Positions 36,497 to 46,632 are shown, counted from the stretch's first letter. The stretch: DNA of 48,000 nt from Egbenema sp. FJBBOT/2019 (GCF_048077055.1 NZ_CP182236.1:7450594-7498593); one strand, 5' to 3'. The notes: generated by a model not told the origin, from the sequence alone. Made by a program: numbers and translations.

Positions 36497-38606
36497 TAGA
36501 TGAGCAACGAGATGGACAAGGGAAGGTAATACAAAAGGTCGTGCCGGTCTGATGTTGGATGGTTAGCTCACCACAAATTTGTTTGACTAAATTTCGAACA
36601 ATTCGTAAACCCAGCGAAGGAGAAGTTTGCCAGTTTAAATCGGGCGGAATTCCAATGCCATCATCTGCCACCGTTAGGATTCCTTGCTGAATTGCAGCAT
36701 GGTTTGGATCTGGAGCAATTTTGAGTTGCAAGGTAATGCTTCCGTGCTGATTGTCTGGAAAGGCATGTTTGAGGGCGTTCGTGACCAACTCATTGACAAT
36801 TAGTCCACAGGGAATAGCTGTATTGAGATTCAGAGGCATTTCATCTGCTTCGATCGCTAAAGTAATCCTCTCTGGACTGACACCATAACATTGAAATAAT
36901 TGATTAACTAAAACGCGAACATACCGGCCAAACTGAATATGCGATAAATCTGGTGATTGATAAAGCTGCTCATGAATTAACGCCATTGACTGCACTCGAT
37001 TTTGTGCTTCTTGAAATAAAGTAGCAGTTGATGAGTGTAGCGTTTGGCGCGCTTGCATCCTCAGTAGACTAGAAATAATTTGCAAATTATTTTTGACGCG
37101 ATGGTGAATTTCCTTGAGCAATACCTCCTTTTCATTCAACGCCGATCGAATTTGTTCTTCAGACTGTTTGCGATCGCTAATATCTAAATCTACCCCACTC
37201 ATCCGCAGCGGATTACCCGCTTGATCCAGAAAAACCCGACCCCTAGCGGCGATCCAGTGGATAGTTTGATTGGGATAAACCACCCGATATTCGGCGGTAA
37301 AGTCTCCCGTTTGCAACGCTTGAGTGGATTGGGCTGCAAGCTCTTCCTGATCATCTGGATGAACGCGGCTGAGAAAAGCCGTGCGCGTCCCATTAAAAGT
37401 TCCCGGTTCAAAACCAAATAATTGTTCCGACTGGGCAGACCAGGTTTGCTGTCCGGTTGCCAAATCCACTTCCCACACCCCCATATGGGCAGCCTCTAAA
37501 GCCAGTCGCAGCCGTTCTTCACTCTGCCGTAGAGCCGCTTCGGTGCATTCGTGTTCGGCAATCTTAGCCTGCAACTGTTGGTTCACCCTCTCCAGTTGGG
37601 CTGTGCGTTCCTCAACCCGCGATTCCAATTCCTGATTGAGTTGTCGTACGGCAATTTCTGCCTGTTTGCGATCGCTAATATCAATAATCACACCGACAAT
37701 TTGGTGGGCTTTTCCCGATGCATCATAAACACCACGTCCGCGGCTCATCATCCAGTGCAAACTGCCATCCGGATGAATCACACGATACTCCGCCGTGTAG
37801 TCTGTCCGAGTTTGTAAAGCATGGGATTGTAGTGCTTCAACCCGATCGATATCTTCAGGGTGCACCCGATCGCGCCACATCTGATAGTGCACCTCAGCCT
37901 CATCTGGGACATAGCCCAAGAGCCGAAAATGATTGCCGTTCCATTTCACTTCATCGGTTGCCAACTCCCAGACCCAACAGCCGATATGGGTTAGCTCCAG
38001 GGTGAGGCGATGCTGTTCTTCACTCCGCCGCAGGGCAATTTCCGTCGCCTTGCGATCGCTGATGTCCATGCCAATCCCAATCATGCGGAATGGCTGTCCG
38101 TCTGCGTTGTATATGCCTCTGCCTTTCCCCATCAGCCAGCGGATACTGCCATCAGGACAAATCACGCGATATTCCGCCTGGTACTCAGTGCCGGTTTCTA
38201 TTGCCTGCTGTGCACTCTGCTCCGTGCGTTCTCGATCGTCTGGATGCACCCGATCGCGCCATGCTTCATAGGCTTGGACAATTTCCCCCGGACGATATCC
38301 CAACAGGTAAAAATGACTGTCATTCCAGGTTACTGCTCCAGTTTGCAGATCCCAATCCCAGATGGCAAGCTGATTCAGATCCAGGGCAAAGCGAAACTTC
38401 TCTGCCTGAGTTCGCAGGTCAACTGCTGCTTGTTCGTAGTCTTTGATAACGGCGTTGGCGTGCTGTAGTTTTTCATGACAGGTGCGAAGCTGCTGCTCTA
38501 GCTCAAGGATACGGGCTTGCAGAGGCTCAGGTGGAGTGGGTTGAGTTGAAAGGGGCTGTACCTCAGGATGATAGGCTGCCAGGTTGGGGTCAGACATGAT
38601 CTGCAA
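36486..38606 (-). CDS. Multi-PAS sensor histidine kinase (HisKA_2/HWE-type)
   Basis: Three PAS/PAC modules (repeated W..RVHPDD...EYRV..PDGS..W), H-box EIHHRVKNNLQIISSLLRMQ, and an ATPase domain NELVTNALKHAF...DDGIGIP. It overlaps the downstream hybrid kinase by 11 nt. Confidence 0.85.
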   Translation of the reverse strand: MQIMSDPNLAAYHPEVQPLSTQPTPPEPLQARILELEQQLRTCHEKLQHANAVIKDYEQAAVDLRTQAEKFRFALDLNQLAIWDWDLQTGAVTWNDSHFYLLGYRPGEIVQAYEAWRDRVHPDDRERTEQSAQQAIETGTEYQAEYRVICPDGSIRWLMGKGRGIYNADGQPFRMIGIGMDISDRKATEIALRRSEEQHRLTLELTHIGCWVWELATDEVKWNGNHFRLLGYVPDEAEVHYQMWRDRVHPEDIDRVEALQSHALQTRTDYTAEYRVIHPDGSLHWMMSRGRGVYDASGKAHQIVGVIIDISDRKQAEIAVRQLNQELESRVEERTAQLERVNQQLQAKIAEHECTEAALRQSEERLRLALEAAHMGVWEVDLATGQQTWSAQSEQLFGFEPGTFNGTRTAFLSRVHPDDQEELAAQSTQALQTGDFTAEYRVVYPNQTIHWIAARGRVFLDQAGNPLRMSGVDLDISDRKQSEEQIRSALNEKEVLLKEIHHRVKNNLQIISSLLRMQARQTLHSSTATLFQEAQNRVQSMALIHEQLYQSPDLSHIQFGRYVRVLVNQLFQCYGVSPERITLAIEADEMPLNLNTAIPCGLIVNELVTNALKHAFPDNQHGSITLQLKIAPDPNHAAIQQGILTVADDGIGIPPDLNWQTSPSLGLRIVRNLVKQICGELTIQHQTGTTFCITFPCPSRCSSSAS

Positions 38607-38731
38607 AGGAGGGAGTGAGTGGGCTACATGGGATCAGTCGAACGGTAGATGGTTATTTCTAAACATTACTCAGTCCCCATCAGTTTGCAAGTAACGTTAT
38701 GTTTCTCCGGTTTGCACCAAATTAAAGCCCC

Positions 38732-40954
38732 TCAGGCAGTCGATCGCCACTTAGCACGCACCAGCCGAATCTCACCATAATCATACTGTTCCCCTAAATG
38801 ATCGCGGATTAACCGTAGGGATACGGCTCCTACAGTTTCAATCGCTTGTTCAATCGCAGTTTGGCGATCGGGGGCAACAATGGCATCCAGGTGAATGGCC
38901 TGTCCGGCTTCTAGCAGTAGGGAGAGATGCTCATAAACGGTAGACAGTTTCAGATCTCGCTTTTCCGCAATTTCCTCTGGCGTGAGACCATTTTGATACA
39001 GATCCAGGGTCAAAAAGTGAGTCCGAGACAGGACGGGGTGCGGTGGAGAGTCGATGGGCAGCTCGATCGGTGCCGGATCTTCCAGGCTGGAGTAGCGGGG
39101 AGTAATTCCCTGGGCTTCGCAAAAAGCCCGGATCTCCTCCACAAACCGGGAACCATACTGACTAAGTTTGTAGCTGCCCACCCCCGAAATTTTGGCAAAA
39201 GCTTCCAGGGTGCAGGGTTGTTGCTGGGCCATCAGCTTCAGGCTGGAGTCACCAAAGACTTGATAGGGCGGGAGGGATTGTTCATTGGCAATTTGCTTGC
39301 GTAAAGCCCGCAGGCGATCGAACAATAGTTCTGCTTCGGCCCGCAGTTTGGAAGTTGCCTGGGTATCCATCTGTCCGGCTCGATGGATTAACGCCACCTG
39401 CACCGATCGCTGCCCCCGCATCACTTCCCAACTCAGGGCATTCAGCCTGAGAATACCGTAGCCATCGTTGGTTTCATCCAGGAAGCCTTGCTGAAGCAGC
39501 GATCGGGACAAAACGCGCCAATCCTCCGTCGATCGGTCTTTGCCAATGCCGTAGGTGGAAAGCTGATCGTGCCGATTACTCAGAATCCGTTTATCCTTAG
39601 AACCCCGCAGCACGTCGATAATATAGTTCATGCCAAATCGCTCTTTGCACCGAGCCACGCAGGACAAAAACTTTTGGGCTTCGATCGTCCAATCTTCAAC
39701 GGGTTTAGGATAGAGACAATTATCACAATTGCCGCAATTTCCGGGAAAAGCTTCCCCAAAGTAGCTCAGTTGCACCGTGCGCCGACAAATCGCACTCTCG
39801 GCATAGCCGATGACCTGCCACAATTGCTGCCGTGCAATCCGCTGTTCCTGTTCCAACGGTTCCCCCGTCTGCGGAGCAACTTTCTGGTCAATGATCCATT
39901 CGATCGCCCTGATATCGCCTGAGCTGAAATAAAGAATGCACTGGGCCGGTTCTCCATCGCGCCCAGCCCTTCCCGATTCCTGATAATATCCCTCCAGGTT
40001 ACGGGGCAAGTCGTAATGCACCACAAACCGTACATCGGGCTTGTTAATCCCCATCCCAAAGGCGATCGTCGCCACCATCACCTGGACATCATCTCGAATG
40101 AAGCGAGTCTGGTTTTCTGATCGTTGGGTATCTGCCATCCCAGCGTGGTACGGTAAGGCCGCAATGCCATCTCGTTGCAGGCGATCGGTTAATTCATCGA
40201 CTCGTTTTCGACTGAGGCAATAAATAATCCCTGAGCCATTCGTTTTCCGAATCAGGGTCAGTAGTTCATTGTAGGAAGTTTTGCGTTTCTGCCGGACTTC
40301 ATAGTGAAGGTTCTGACGATTAAAACTGGCAATGTGAATGAAAGGCGATCGCAGCTCTAATTGTTCGATAATATCTTGCCGCACTCGATCGGTTGCAGTT
40401 GCTGTCAATGCCATGCAGGGCACATCTGGATAGCGCGATCGCACGTCTTTCAGTTGGCGATATTCTGGGCGAAAATCATGTCCCCATTCCGAAACGCAGT
40501 GGGCTTCATCAATGGCAAACCGGGCAATCCCCTGGCGATCGTGAATTTGATCTAGGAACGCCAGAAATTGTTCGCTCAACAATCGCTCTGGTGCAACGTA
40601 TAGTAGCCTGATTTCTCCCCGATGAATTTGTGCTGCTCGATCGCGGACATCGGTAGGGCGGAGGGTACTATTGAGAAACGTTGCCCCAATGCCATTATCC
40701 TGTAATGCCTCAACCTGATCCTGCATTAAGGCAATCAACGGAGACACGACGATCGTGATTCCGGTTGATAGCAGTGACGGCAGTTGAAAACACAGGGACT
40801 TCCCACCCCCCGTTGGCATAATCACCAAAACATCTTGACCGCTAATGGCAGCTTGAATAATTTGCGGCTGCCCCGGACGAAAGGCATCATAGCCGAAATA
40901 CTGCTTGAGCGTTGGCTGAACCAAATCCAACGTGGGTGTTTGATCGGAAGTCAT
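38732..40954 (-). CDS. recQ: ATP-dependent DNA helicase RecQ
   Basis: FGYDAFRPGQ, MPTGGGKSLCFQLP, DEAHCVSEWGHDFRPEY, ATIAFGMGINKPDVRFVVHYD, QESGRAGRDG, a Zn-binding CGNCDNC, and an HRDC-like C-terminal region. Confidence 0.9.
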   Translation of the reverse strand: MTSDQTPTLDLVQPTLKQYFGYDAFRPGQPQIIQAAISGQDVLVIMPTGGGKSLCFQLPSLLSTGITIVVSPLIALMQDQVEALQDNGIGATFLNSTLRPTDVRDRAAQIHRGEIRLLYVAPERLLSEQFLAFLDQIHDRQGIARFAIDEAHCVSEWGHDFRPEYRQLKDVRSRYPDVPCMALTATATDRVRQDIIEQLELRSPFIHIASFNRQNLHYEVRQKRKTSYNELLTLIRKTNGSGIIYCLSRKRVDELTDRLQRDGIAALPYHAGMADTQRSENQTRFIRDDVQVMVATIAFGMGINKPDVRFVVHYDLPRNLEGYYQESGRAGRDGEPAQCILYFSSGDIRAIEWIIDQKVAPQTGEPLEQEQRIARQQLWQVIGYAESAICRRTVQLSYFGEAFPGNCGNCDNCLYPKPVEDWTIEAQKFLSCVARCKERFGMNYIIDVLRGSKDKRILSNRHDQLSTYGIGKDRSTEDWRVLSRSLLQQGFLDETNDGYGILRLNALSWEVMRGQRSVQVALIHRAGQMDTQATSKLRAEAELLFDRLRALRKQIANEQSLPPYQVFGDSSLKLMAQQQPCTLEAFAKISGVGSYKLSQYGSRFVEEIRAFCEAQGITPRYSSLEDPAPIELPIDSPPHPVLSRTHFLTLDLYQNGLTPEEIAEKRDLKLSTVYEHLSLLLEAGQAIHLDAIVAPDRQTAIEQAIETVGAVSLRLIRDHLGEQYDYGEIRLVRAKWRSTA

Positions 40955-41164
40955 AACCGGAGGGATGCAATGTCACGTCTCTATCGTGCCCGAATTGACG
41001 GGGGCATTCTCGGTTATATCGTGAAATGGCGAGATCAGGGATGTAAAGATCGACGCACTTAATTTTTCTACCGACTAAAATCTCCAAAAGTACAAATCTC
41101 AAGCTGACCGCTCTGCAATTTGCTGGACGATCGCCCCATCCACCTGAAGCCGCTCAAAATCTGA

Positions 41165-41614
41165 TCAAAAAACTGAAACAGCTCCATTTGGAGCAATACT
41201 CACCGAAGTTCGCCCTGGTGTATCACTCAACTGCTCCCCAACAATGATGGTAACGGTATTTCCTGAAGTAAACACATCCATACTCAGTCCAATATTGCGC
41301 CCCTCTGGATGGGCAACCAGATAAACGGGTGGTGGCAGAAATTGAGTGTTGATACTGCCAAAGGTAACGGTTCCCCCTGGAGGCACCAGGCGATCGGCTG
41401 ATGCCGGTTGAGTCAGACGAAAAATCACCGCCGCTCCACCCCCATTAACCACTTCAATCCGAATCGGCTGATCTGGATTCACGCTGGCTACGACCTGCCC
41501 TGCCTGGGCGAGCTGGACAGATGACTGGACGGAGGAATTAGCAGGGGCGATCGATGGCAGGATCACCCAACCCATTGCGATCAGGGAAAGAGCCAGAGAA
41601 ACGTTAGCTTTCAT
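41165..41614 (-). CDS. Small secreted hypothetical protein
   Basis: 149 aa with an N-terminal signal-like segment MKANVSLALSLIAMGWVILPSIAPANS. I recognise no family. Confidence 0.5.
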   Translation of the reverse strand: MKANVSLALSLIAMGWVILPSIAPANSSVQSSVQLAQAGQVVASVNPDQPIRIEVVNGGGAAVIFRLTQPASADRLVPPGGTVTFGSINTQFLPPPVYLVAHPEGRNIGLSMDVFTSGNTVTIIVGEQLSDTPGRTSVSIAPNGAVSVF

Positions 41615-41742
41615 AAATTTTCCTCACGGTTAGGGGTATGAATTGAAACACTGGGACAGTCGTAGCACTAGGAAATGGGGATAGACAGCTTGTGGAGTCC
41701 TTAGGATTTTGGATTAAATAACCTGTAAAGCATTTTACTTTG

Positions 41743-41828
41743 TTGACTGGGCGGGCAAGACTTCGGCTTGAGCCCTTCGGCTTGAGCTCAGGTCGAAAGC
41801 TCAGTCGAAACGCTGCCCACCCCACAAG
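41743..41828. repeat. GGGCGGGCAAGA...TGCCCACCCCACAAG hairpin repeat carrying a ~53-bp nested insertion
   Basis: The two arms match the 2917/2973 repeat. They are split by CTTCGGCTTGAGC x2 and TCAG(G)TCGAAA(G/C)GC x2 sub-repeats at 41761-41813. Confidence 0.6.
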
Positions 41829-42065
41829 AGTTCAGTCTATTGAATTCGCTTTCCTTTGTCTCGTTTCCTGAATAGATAAAATATCTGTCTCACAAGAGTT
41901 CTCAGGGTGCTGAATCGCTTTCCCCACAAAAATCAGCCAGGCGAATGCCTACCTTACAAGGGCTGGATCAAGGTGGGTGTTTGGCATTTTCTACCTTTAG
42001 AATATTAGCTTAATCGAGGGAAAAATTCCTCTGTCACCCTTTAGTCAACCCGTTTTCGAGAGTTT

Positions 42066-44273
42066 TTAATCATTTCCCTGTTTGCTATTTAGCGATCGTT
42101 GTATGGTTTGCAGAACTATCTTTTCTTCTGAAGTAATGACTCCATCCAATTCGACTAATTTCTGGCATTGAGCCATAAGCGGAATGGCAAAGTCACGATT
42201 CACTTTTTTAAGTAACGCTGCCAGAGAAGGCGGAGATTGAATGTTTGACTCGATCACCTTCAAAGAAACAGGGCTGAGATTAAGCGTGTGGAGTTCGGGG
42301 AGAATTTCTGTCCCGGTTTTGCCTGGGTTTCCTGCCGAAATGACGTGAACCAGAATTTGATCCATGAGGATCTGTTGCGCGATCGCTTCCTGCAAATACT
42401 GTTCACTTTCAGCTTGAGAAGCGGCAACGGTTTCACTAGAAGTTGGCCCATTCAGCTTGGACTCATAAAATTGACAGGCCGCATAGCCCAGTGCATACAG
42501 CGTCACTGCATTACTACTTGCGCCAATGACTGCTCCTGCAACAGGGACATTTCGTAGAAAACCTAAACCTGCCTTCAAAGCTAGATTGCCACCCAACGCC
42601 AACCCAAAGATGGCTAAGACTTCACCCTTGCGATCGGGATGTAGCAAATCCAGTCCATAGGCTGCCGCAATCTGGTAAACCATTTCAGCCTGCATGGCTG
42701 TGGTCGTTGCCAAATCTACCGCAAACATTCCAGCCGCTGCCCCAGGTAAGAGACTACTGGCAAAGCCTGAACCACCGACATAAACTGCTTTCTCGGTCAT
42801 AATCCGATGGGCAATTTCAGCGGGTTTGTCCTTGGGATGTTTTCGCTTCAAGTGATGGACGCGAGCTTCAGCGGCAACAATATCTACCCGGTTGACGATT
42901 TTAACCAACCAATCCATCTGCAAGGTTTTCGTCAGTACCTGGAGCTGAGGGCTATTGTTAACCACTTCCAACACATACCCAAATCCGGTTGGAACCTGCA
43001 TTGCCGTATTGACTGCGGTTTCTCCAGCACCGATCGCAGCACTCACCACCGCCTGCCCTGTATGGGTTGCCATTCCACCGATCGCCTCTGCGGCTCCTCC
43101 TACCGTGCTAGCAGTCGTTCCGACAACAGCTTGCCCCGCATAGGAAACCGCTCCACCGATCGCTTCTCCGGTATCGGATACCATCTTGGTGAGCGATCCC
43201 CACAGTGAGGCATTTTCCTGATTGTTCAAATCAATGGTTTGGCTCCATGCCTGGAAGAATGCGCCCTTACGCCATCCAGAAATCTGCAACCGATGTAAAG
43301 CAGGTAACTGAAGTTGATCAACAAATTTCCGAACATAGGAGACGCACTGCTCTTGCTCTGGACTTTTCTCTGCTTGCAAAACAACTTGCAAGTATCCATT
43401 CTGAAATTTTGCTTTTGCTGTAATCCCCTGCGATCGTAGGATGTAACTTAATGCCTTGCTAATGGCTTCGCTGTCCCCCTGTTTTGCCTGCTCTAAACAG
43501 CTTGCTTGTGGTTCTGAAGGGGATGCCTGAACTGCTTGAGGTGGGGAAGGCGCAAAGGGATCTAAAGGAAAGGTAAATGGTTCAGGAAGTGTAGCAGGTG
43601 GCTCTGGCAAGTTTGCGAAAAATTGGGCGATCGGATCGATCGGATCTAAAGGATGTTTGGACTGTCCAAAATTAGCTTGTCCAAGCTCAACCTGAATCTG
43701 CCACTCTGGGAACTCATCTCCTGTTTCTCGTCCGTATAGCTTCACCCATTGGCAGTCCTGAACGGTTAAGGATCGGAACGGTTCTTCAAGACGGGACAGG
43801 ATTTCTGCCTGGCTGGGAGCAGGGATCGCTTCCAGGATGAGATGTAGAGTGTTTTGCTTAAGAGAAACTTTCACCACGATCTCTGGAGCCATAAGCCATT
43901 GATTGACTAAAGAGGCGATCGCTTCCAAATCCCCTCCCTGAGCTAATTCGGTAAGATCTGGTTCTGGCTGGGGGATAAACTCAAACTCTTCACTCCAGGA
44001 AGGAAACTCATCCCCCGCTTCCCGCCCATAGATTTTGATGGTTTGGGCGGATAGAAATTGTAGCCGGGTAACAATAGCTTGCACTCTGGCAACGGCATCC
44101 TGCTGATTAGGAGCCTCTACTGCTTCCAGCATAATGTGTAGACATCCGGACTTCAGCCCCACTCTGGCAGTCATCGTCGGCTGAACGTAGCGATTGATTA
44201 GATGTTCGATCGCCCTGGGGTGACCCTGCCGGGCAAGCTGTTCGGTTTCCAATGGAGAAGGAGAAATAGTCAT
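42066..44273 (-). CDS. Large hypothetical protein: three tandem ~110-aa N-terminal domains, Gly/Ala-zipper segment, conserved C-terminal region
   Basis: 735 aa. The module A..G(D/H)..AI..L.N..L......V....N.L...LEA...P.Q......V......L........K.YGRE.GDEFP.W occurs three times. It is followed by GEAIGGAVSYAGQAVVGT...GGAAEAIGGMA. Confidence 0.6.
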   Translation of the reverse strand: MTISPSPLETEQLARQGHPRAIEHLINRYVQPTMTARVGLKSGCLHIMLEAVEAPNQQDAVARVQAIVTRLQFLSAQTIKIYGREAGDEFPSWSEEFEFIPQPEPDLTELAQGGDLEAIASLVNQWLMAPEIVVKVSLKQNTLHLILEAIPAPSQAEILSRLEEPFRSLTVQDCQWVKLYGRETGDEFPEWQIQVELGQANFGQSKHPLDPIDPIAQFFANLPEPPATLPEPFTFPLDPFAPSPPQAVQASPSEPQASCLEQAKQGDSEAISKALSYILRSQGITAKAKFQNGYLQVVLQAEKSPEQEQCVSYVRKFVDQLQLPALHRLQISGWRKGAFFQAWSQTIDLNNQENASLWGSLTKMVSDTGEAIGGAVSYAGQAVVGTTASTVGGAAEAIGGMATHTGQAVVSAAIGAGETAVNTAMQVPTGFGYVLEVVNNSPQLQVLTKTLQMDWLVKIVNRVDIVAAEARVHHLKRKHPKDKPAEIAHRIMTEKAVYVGGSGFASSLLPGAAAGMFAVDLATTTAMQAEMVYQIAAAYGLDLLHPDRKGEVLAIFGLALGGNLALKAGLGFLRNVPVAGAVIGASSNAVTLYALGYAACQFYESKLNGPTSSETVAASQAESEQYLQEAIAQQILMDQILVHVISAGNPGKTGTEILPELHTLNLSPVSLKVIESNIQSPPSLAALLKKVNRDFAIPLMAQCQKLVELDGVITSEEKIVLQTIQRSLNSKQGND

Positions 44274-44551
44274 TGGTAGGTCTGAAGGGAAGATGAGCGT
44301 TTTCCTGGAATGTTCGCTTCACGCTCTGAGCGTTTCTAGAATTCCCATAAGGAAGCTTGTCCTACCGTTGTGTTGAATTTAACCCTGTACCGACTCAGTA
44401 AAATCCAGGTTTCTTGACCTCAATGGATTAAGAGCCGATGCCAAATAGGATAATAAGAGGTTGGGGCGATCGTTTCTCGATCACCAATGCAGTGCTTATC
44501 GCTGTGACCCCATGACAAATATGGGTTAGATGCTCATAAGAGGAGAGAAAT

Positions 44552-45849
44552 TTGGTTACTACATCGCTTAACACGACAAAATCAGAAGAAATCTTTGCGG
44601 CAGCGCAGAAGCTCATGCCGGGTGGAGTCAGTTCCCCCGTACGAGCCTTCAAATCTGTGGGTGGACAGCCGATCGTATTCGATCGGGTTAAAGGTGCCTA
44701 CATTTGGGACGTAGACGGCAACCAGTACATCGACTACGTGGGAACCTGGGCCCTGCCATCTGCGGCCATGCCCATCCCGATGTCCTTGCAGCCCTGAAGG
44801 ATTGTCTGGAAAAGGGGACAAGCTTTGGTGCGCCCTGCTACCTGGAAAATGTGCTGGCGGAAATGGTGATTGATGCCGTGCCCAGCATTGAAATGGTGCG
44901 CTTTGTCAACTCTGGAACGGAAGCCTGTATGGCTGTACTGCGCCTGATGCGGGCCTTCACCGGACGGGACAAGGTGATCAAGTTTGAGGGCTGCTACCAC
45001 GGTCACGCGGATATGTTTTTGGTGAAGGCCGGATCAGGGGTGGCCACCCTGGGTTTACCGGATTCTCCTGGAGTCCCCAAATCGACGACCGCCAACACCC
45101 TCACCGCACCCTACAACGATCTGGAAGCCGTGAAGCAACTCTTCGCCGAAAATCCAGATCAAATTTCGGGCGTAATTCTGGAACCTGTGGTGGGTAACTC
45201 CGGCTTTATTCCTCCGGACGGGGGATTCCTGGAAGGGCTGCGGCTGTTAACCCAGGAGCACGGAGCCTTACTGGTGTTTGATGAAGTGATGACTGGCTTC
45301 CGCATTGCCTATGGCGGGGCGCAGGAAAAATTTGGCATCACCCCTGACCTGACAACTTTAGGCAAAATCATTGGTGGTGGCTTACCCGTCGGAGCCTATG
45401 GTGGACGCAAAGACATTATGGAAATGGTGGCTCCAGCGGGCCCAATGTACCAGGCGGGCACTCTGTCTGGTAATCCTTTAGCCATGACCGCAGGGATTAA
45501 AACCCTGGAATTGCTCAAGCGTCCAGGCACCTATGACCAACTCGATCGCATCACCCAAAAACTGGCGGAGGGAATGCTACAAGTTGCCAAAGAAACCGGA
45601 CACGCAGCCTGTGGCGGACAAATTAGTGCCATGTTCGGATTCTTCTTTGCTGAAGGGCCGGTGCATAACTACGAAGATGCGAAAAAGTCGGATTTAGCCA
45701 AATTCGGCCGTTTTCACCGAGGGATGTTGGAGCAGGGAGTTTATCTCGCCCCCTCTCAATTTGAAGCTGGCTTTACCTCGCTGGCCCATACCGATGAAGA
45801 TATCGATCGCACGTTGGCAGCGGCAAGAGCGGTGATGGAGAGTTTGTAG
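44552..45849 (+). CDS. hemL: Glutamate-1-semialdehyde 2,1-aminomutase, reading frame interrupted by a 1-nt deletion in a G run
   Basis: ORF 44552..44797 (…[52 protein letters not shown]) continues in ORF 44704..45849 ([13 protein letters not shown]…). Adding one G at 44748-44750 restores [15 protein letters not shown] and gives 432 aa. Confidence 0.85.
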
Positions 45850-45850
45850 A

Positions 45851-45885
45851 GGAGTGAGGAGTGAGGAGTGAGGAGTGAGGAGTGG
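45851..45885. repeat. Heptamer tandem repeat (GGAGTGA)x4-5
   Basis: GGAGTGA x4 plus GGAGTGG immediately after the hemL stop. Same unit as 4421..4448. Confidence 0.85.
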
Positions 45886-46000
45886 AGGGGGGAAGGAGGA
45901 GGGTTCGCGCGTGGGCGTTTGTTTAACGTTGCCACAGGCAGTCAGCCCGTAGGAGTGAGACAGGAAATGCTTAGGAACGCAAATTGAATAATCTGAAATT

Positions 46001-46034
46001 CTTGTGGGGTGGGCATCTTGCCCGCCCAGTCAAC
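46001..46034. repeat. Inverted copy of the GGGCAAGATGCCCACCCCACAAG hairpin repeat
   Basis: CTTGTGGGGTGGGCATCTTGCCCGCCCAGTCAAC is the reverse complement of the unit at 2917-2953. Confidence 0.75.
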
Positions 46035-46205
46035 AGGCAGAATGATTACAGGTTATTTGATCCACAATCCTTAGAGGTGTGAAGGCACAAAGCATCAAGT
46101 CCAGATAGAAGACCGACAAGGAACTTCTCATCTACTGGGCTTGACTTCTGACTCCTCCCTCCTCCCTTCTAACTTCCCTCTCCTCTCTCCTCCCTCCTCC
46201 CTTCC

Positions 46206-46367
46206 CTAACACTCACATCCGCTGTGGCCGCAGTTTTCTCCGTTGGGGTGTCCGTTGGCGCAGGCTTCACTGCAATAGTGCTTGCCATCTTTGTGAATTG
46301 CCTGTTCGAGCGAAACGATACACAGGCAGGCTTCACAGGCGCATTTCATTTGAGTCACGGTAGTCAT
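46206..46367 (-). CDS. smtA: Bacterial metallothionein (SmtA family)
   Basis: MTTVTQMKCACEACLCIVSLEQAIHKDGKHYCSEACANGHPNGENCGHSGCEC has the Cys/His pattern and length of cyanobacterial SmtA. Start taken at the internal Met, with GAGG upstream. Confidence 0.85.
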   Translation of the reverse strand: MTTVTQMKCACEACLCIVSLEQAIHKDGKHYCSEACANGHPNGENCGHSGCEC

Positions 46368-46406
46368 GGGAAATACCTCATCTCTATATTCCATGATTAC
46401 TATAAC

Positions 46407-46426
46407 ATCTGAACAGATATTCAGAT
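46407..46426. promoter_or_regulatory. Candidate ArsR/SmtB-type operator upstream of smtA
   Basis: ATCTGAA-cagata-TTCAGAT is a perfect 7-bp inverted repeat 40-60 nt upstream of the smtA ATG. It sits next to a minus-strand TATAGT -10 candidate, and a further CTGAATAT half-site lies at 46431. Confidence 0.55.
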
Positions 46427-46524
46427 ATACCTGAATATAAATTAGTTTTTGAGATGGAAGTCTTGCAATTGGACTTCCTCAGTCGCAAGGGGATGGTTGA
46501 AGGATCTGAGCTACAACCAGCAAG

Positions 46525-46632
46525 CTAGTACACTGCGGCTTGAATATGCCTACCATCTGTAGGGCAGGCTTCTAGCCTGCGCGGGCATCCTGCCCGCGCT
46601 ACGGTAGCTAAACTCACGCCAAGGTCTACTAG
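46525..46632. repeat. 108-bp MITE-like element, divergent copy 3
   Basis: CTAGTACACTGCGG...GGCAGGCTTCTAGCCTGCGCGGGCATCCTGCCCGCGCTACGG...GGTCTACTAG has the same length and termini as copies 1 and 2. Its terminal CTAG supplies the stop codon of the Uma2 gene. Confidence 0.65.
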
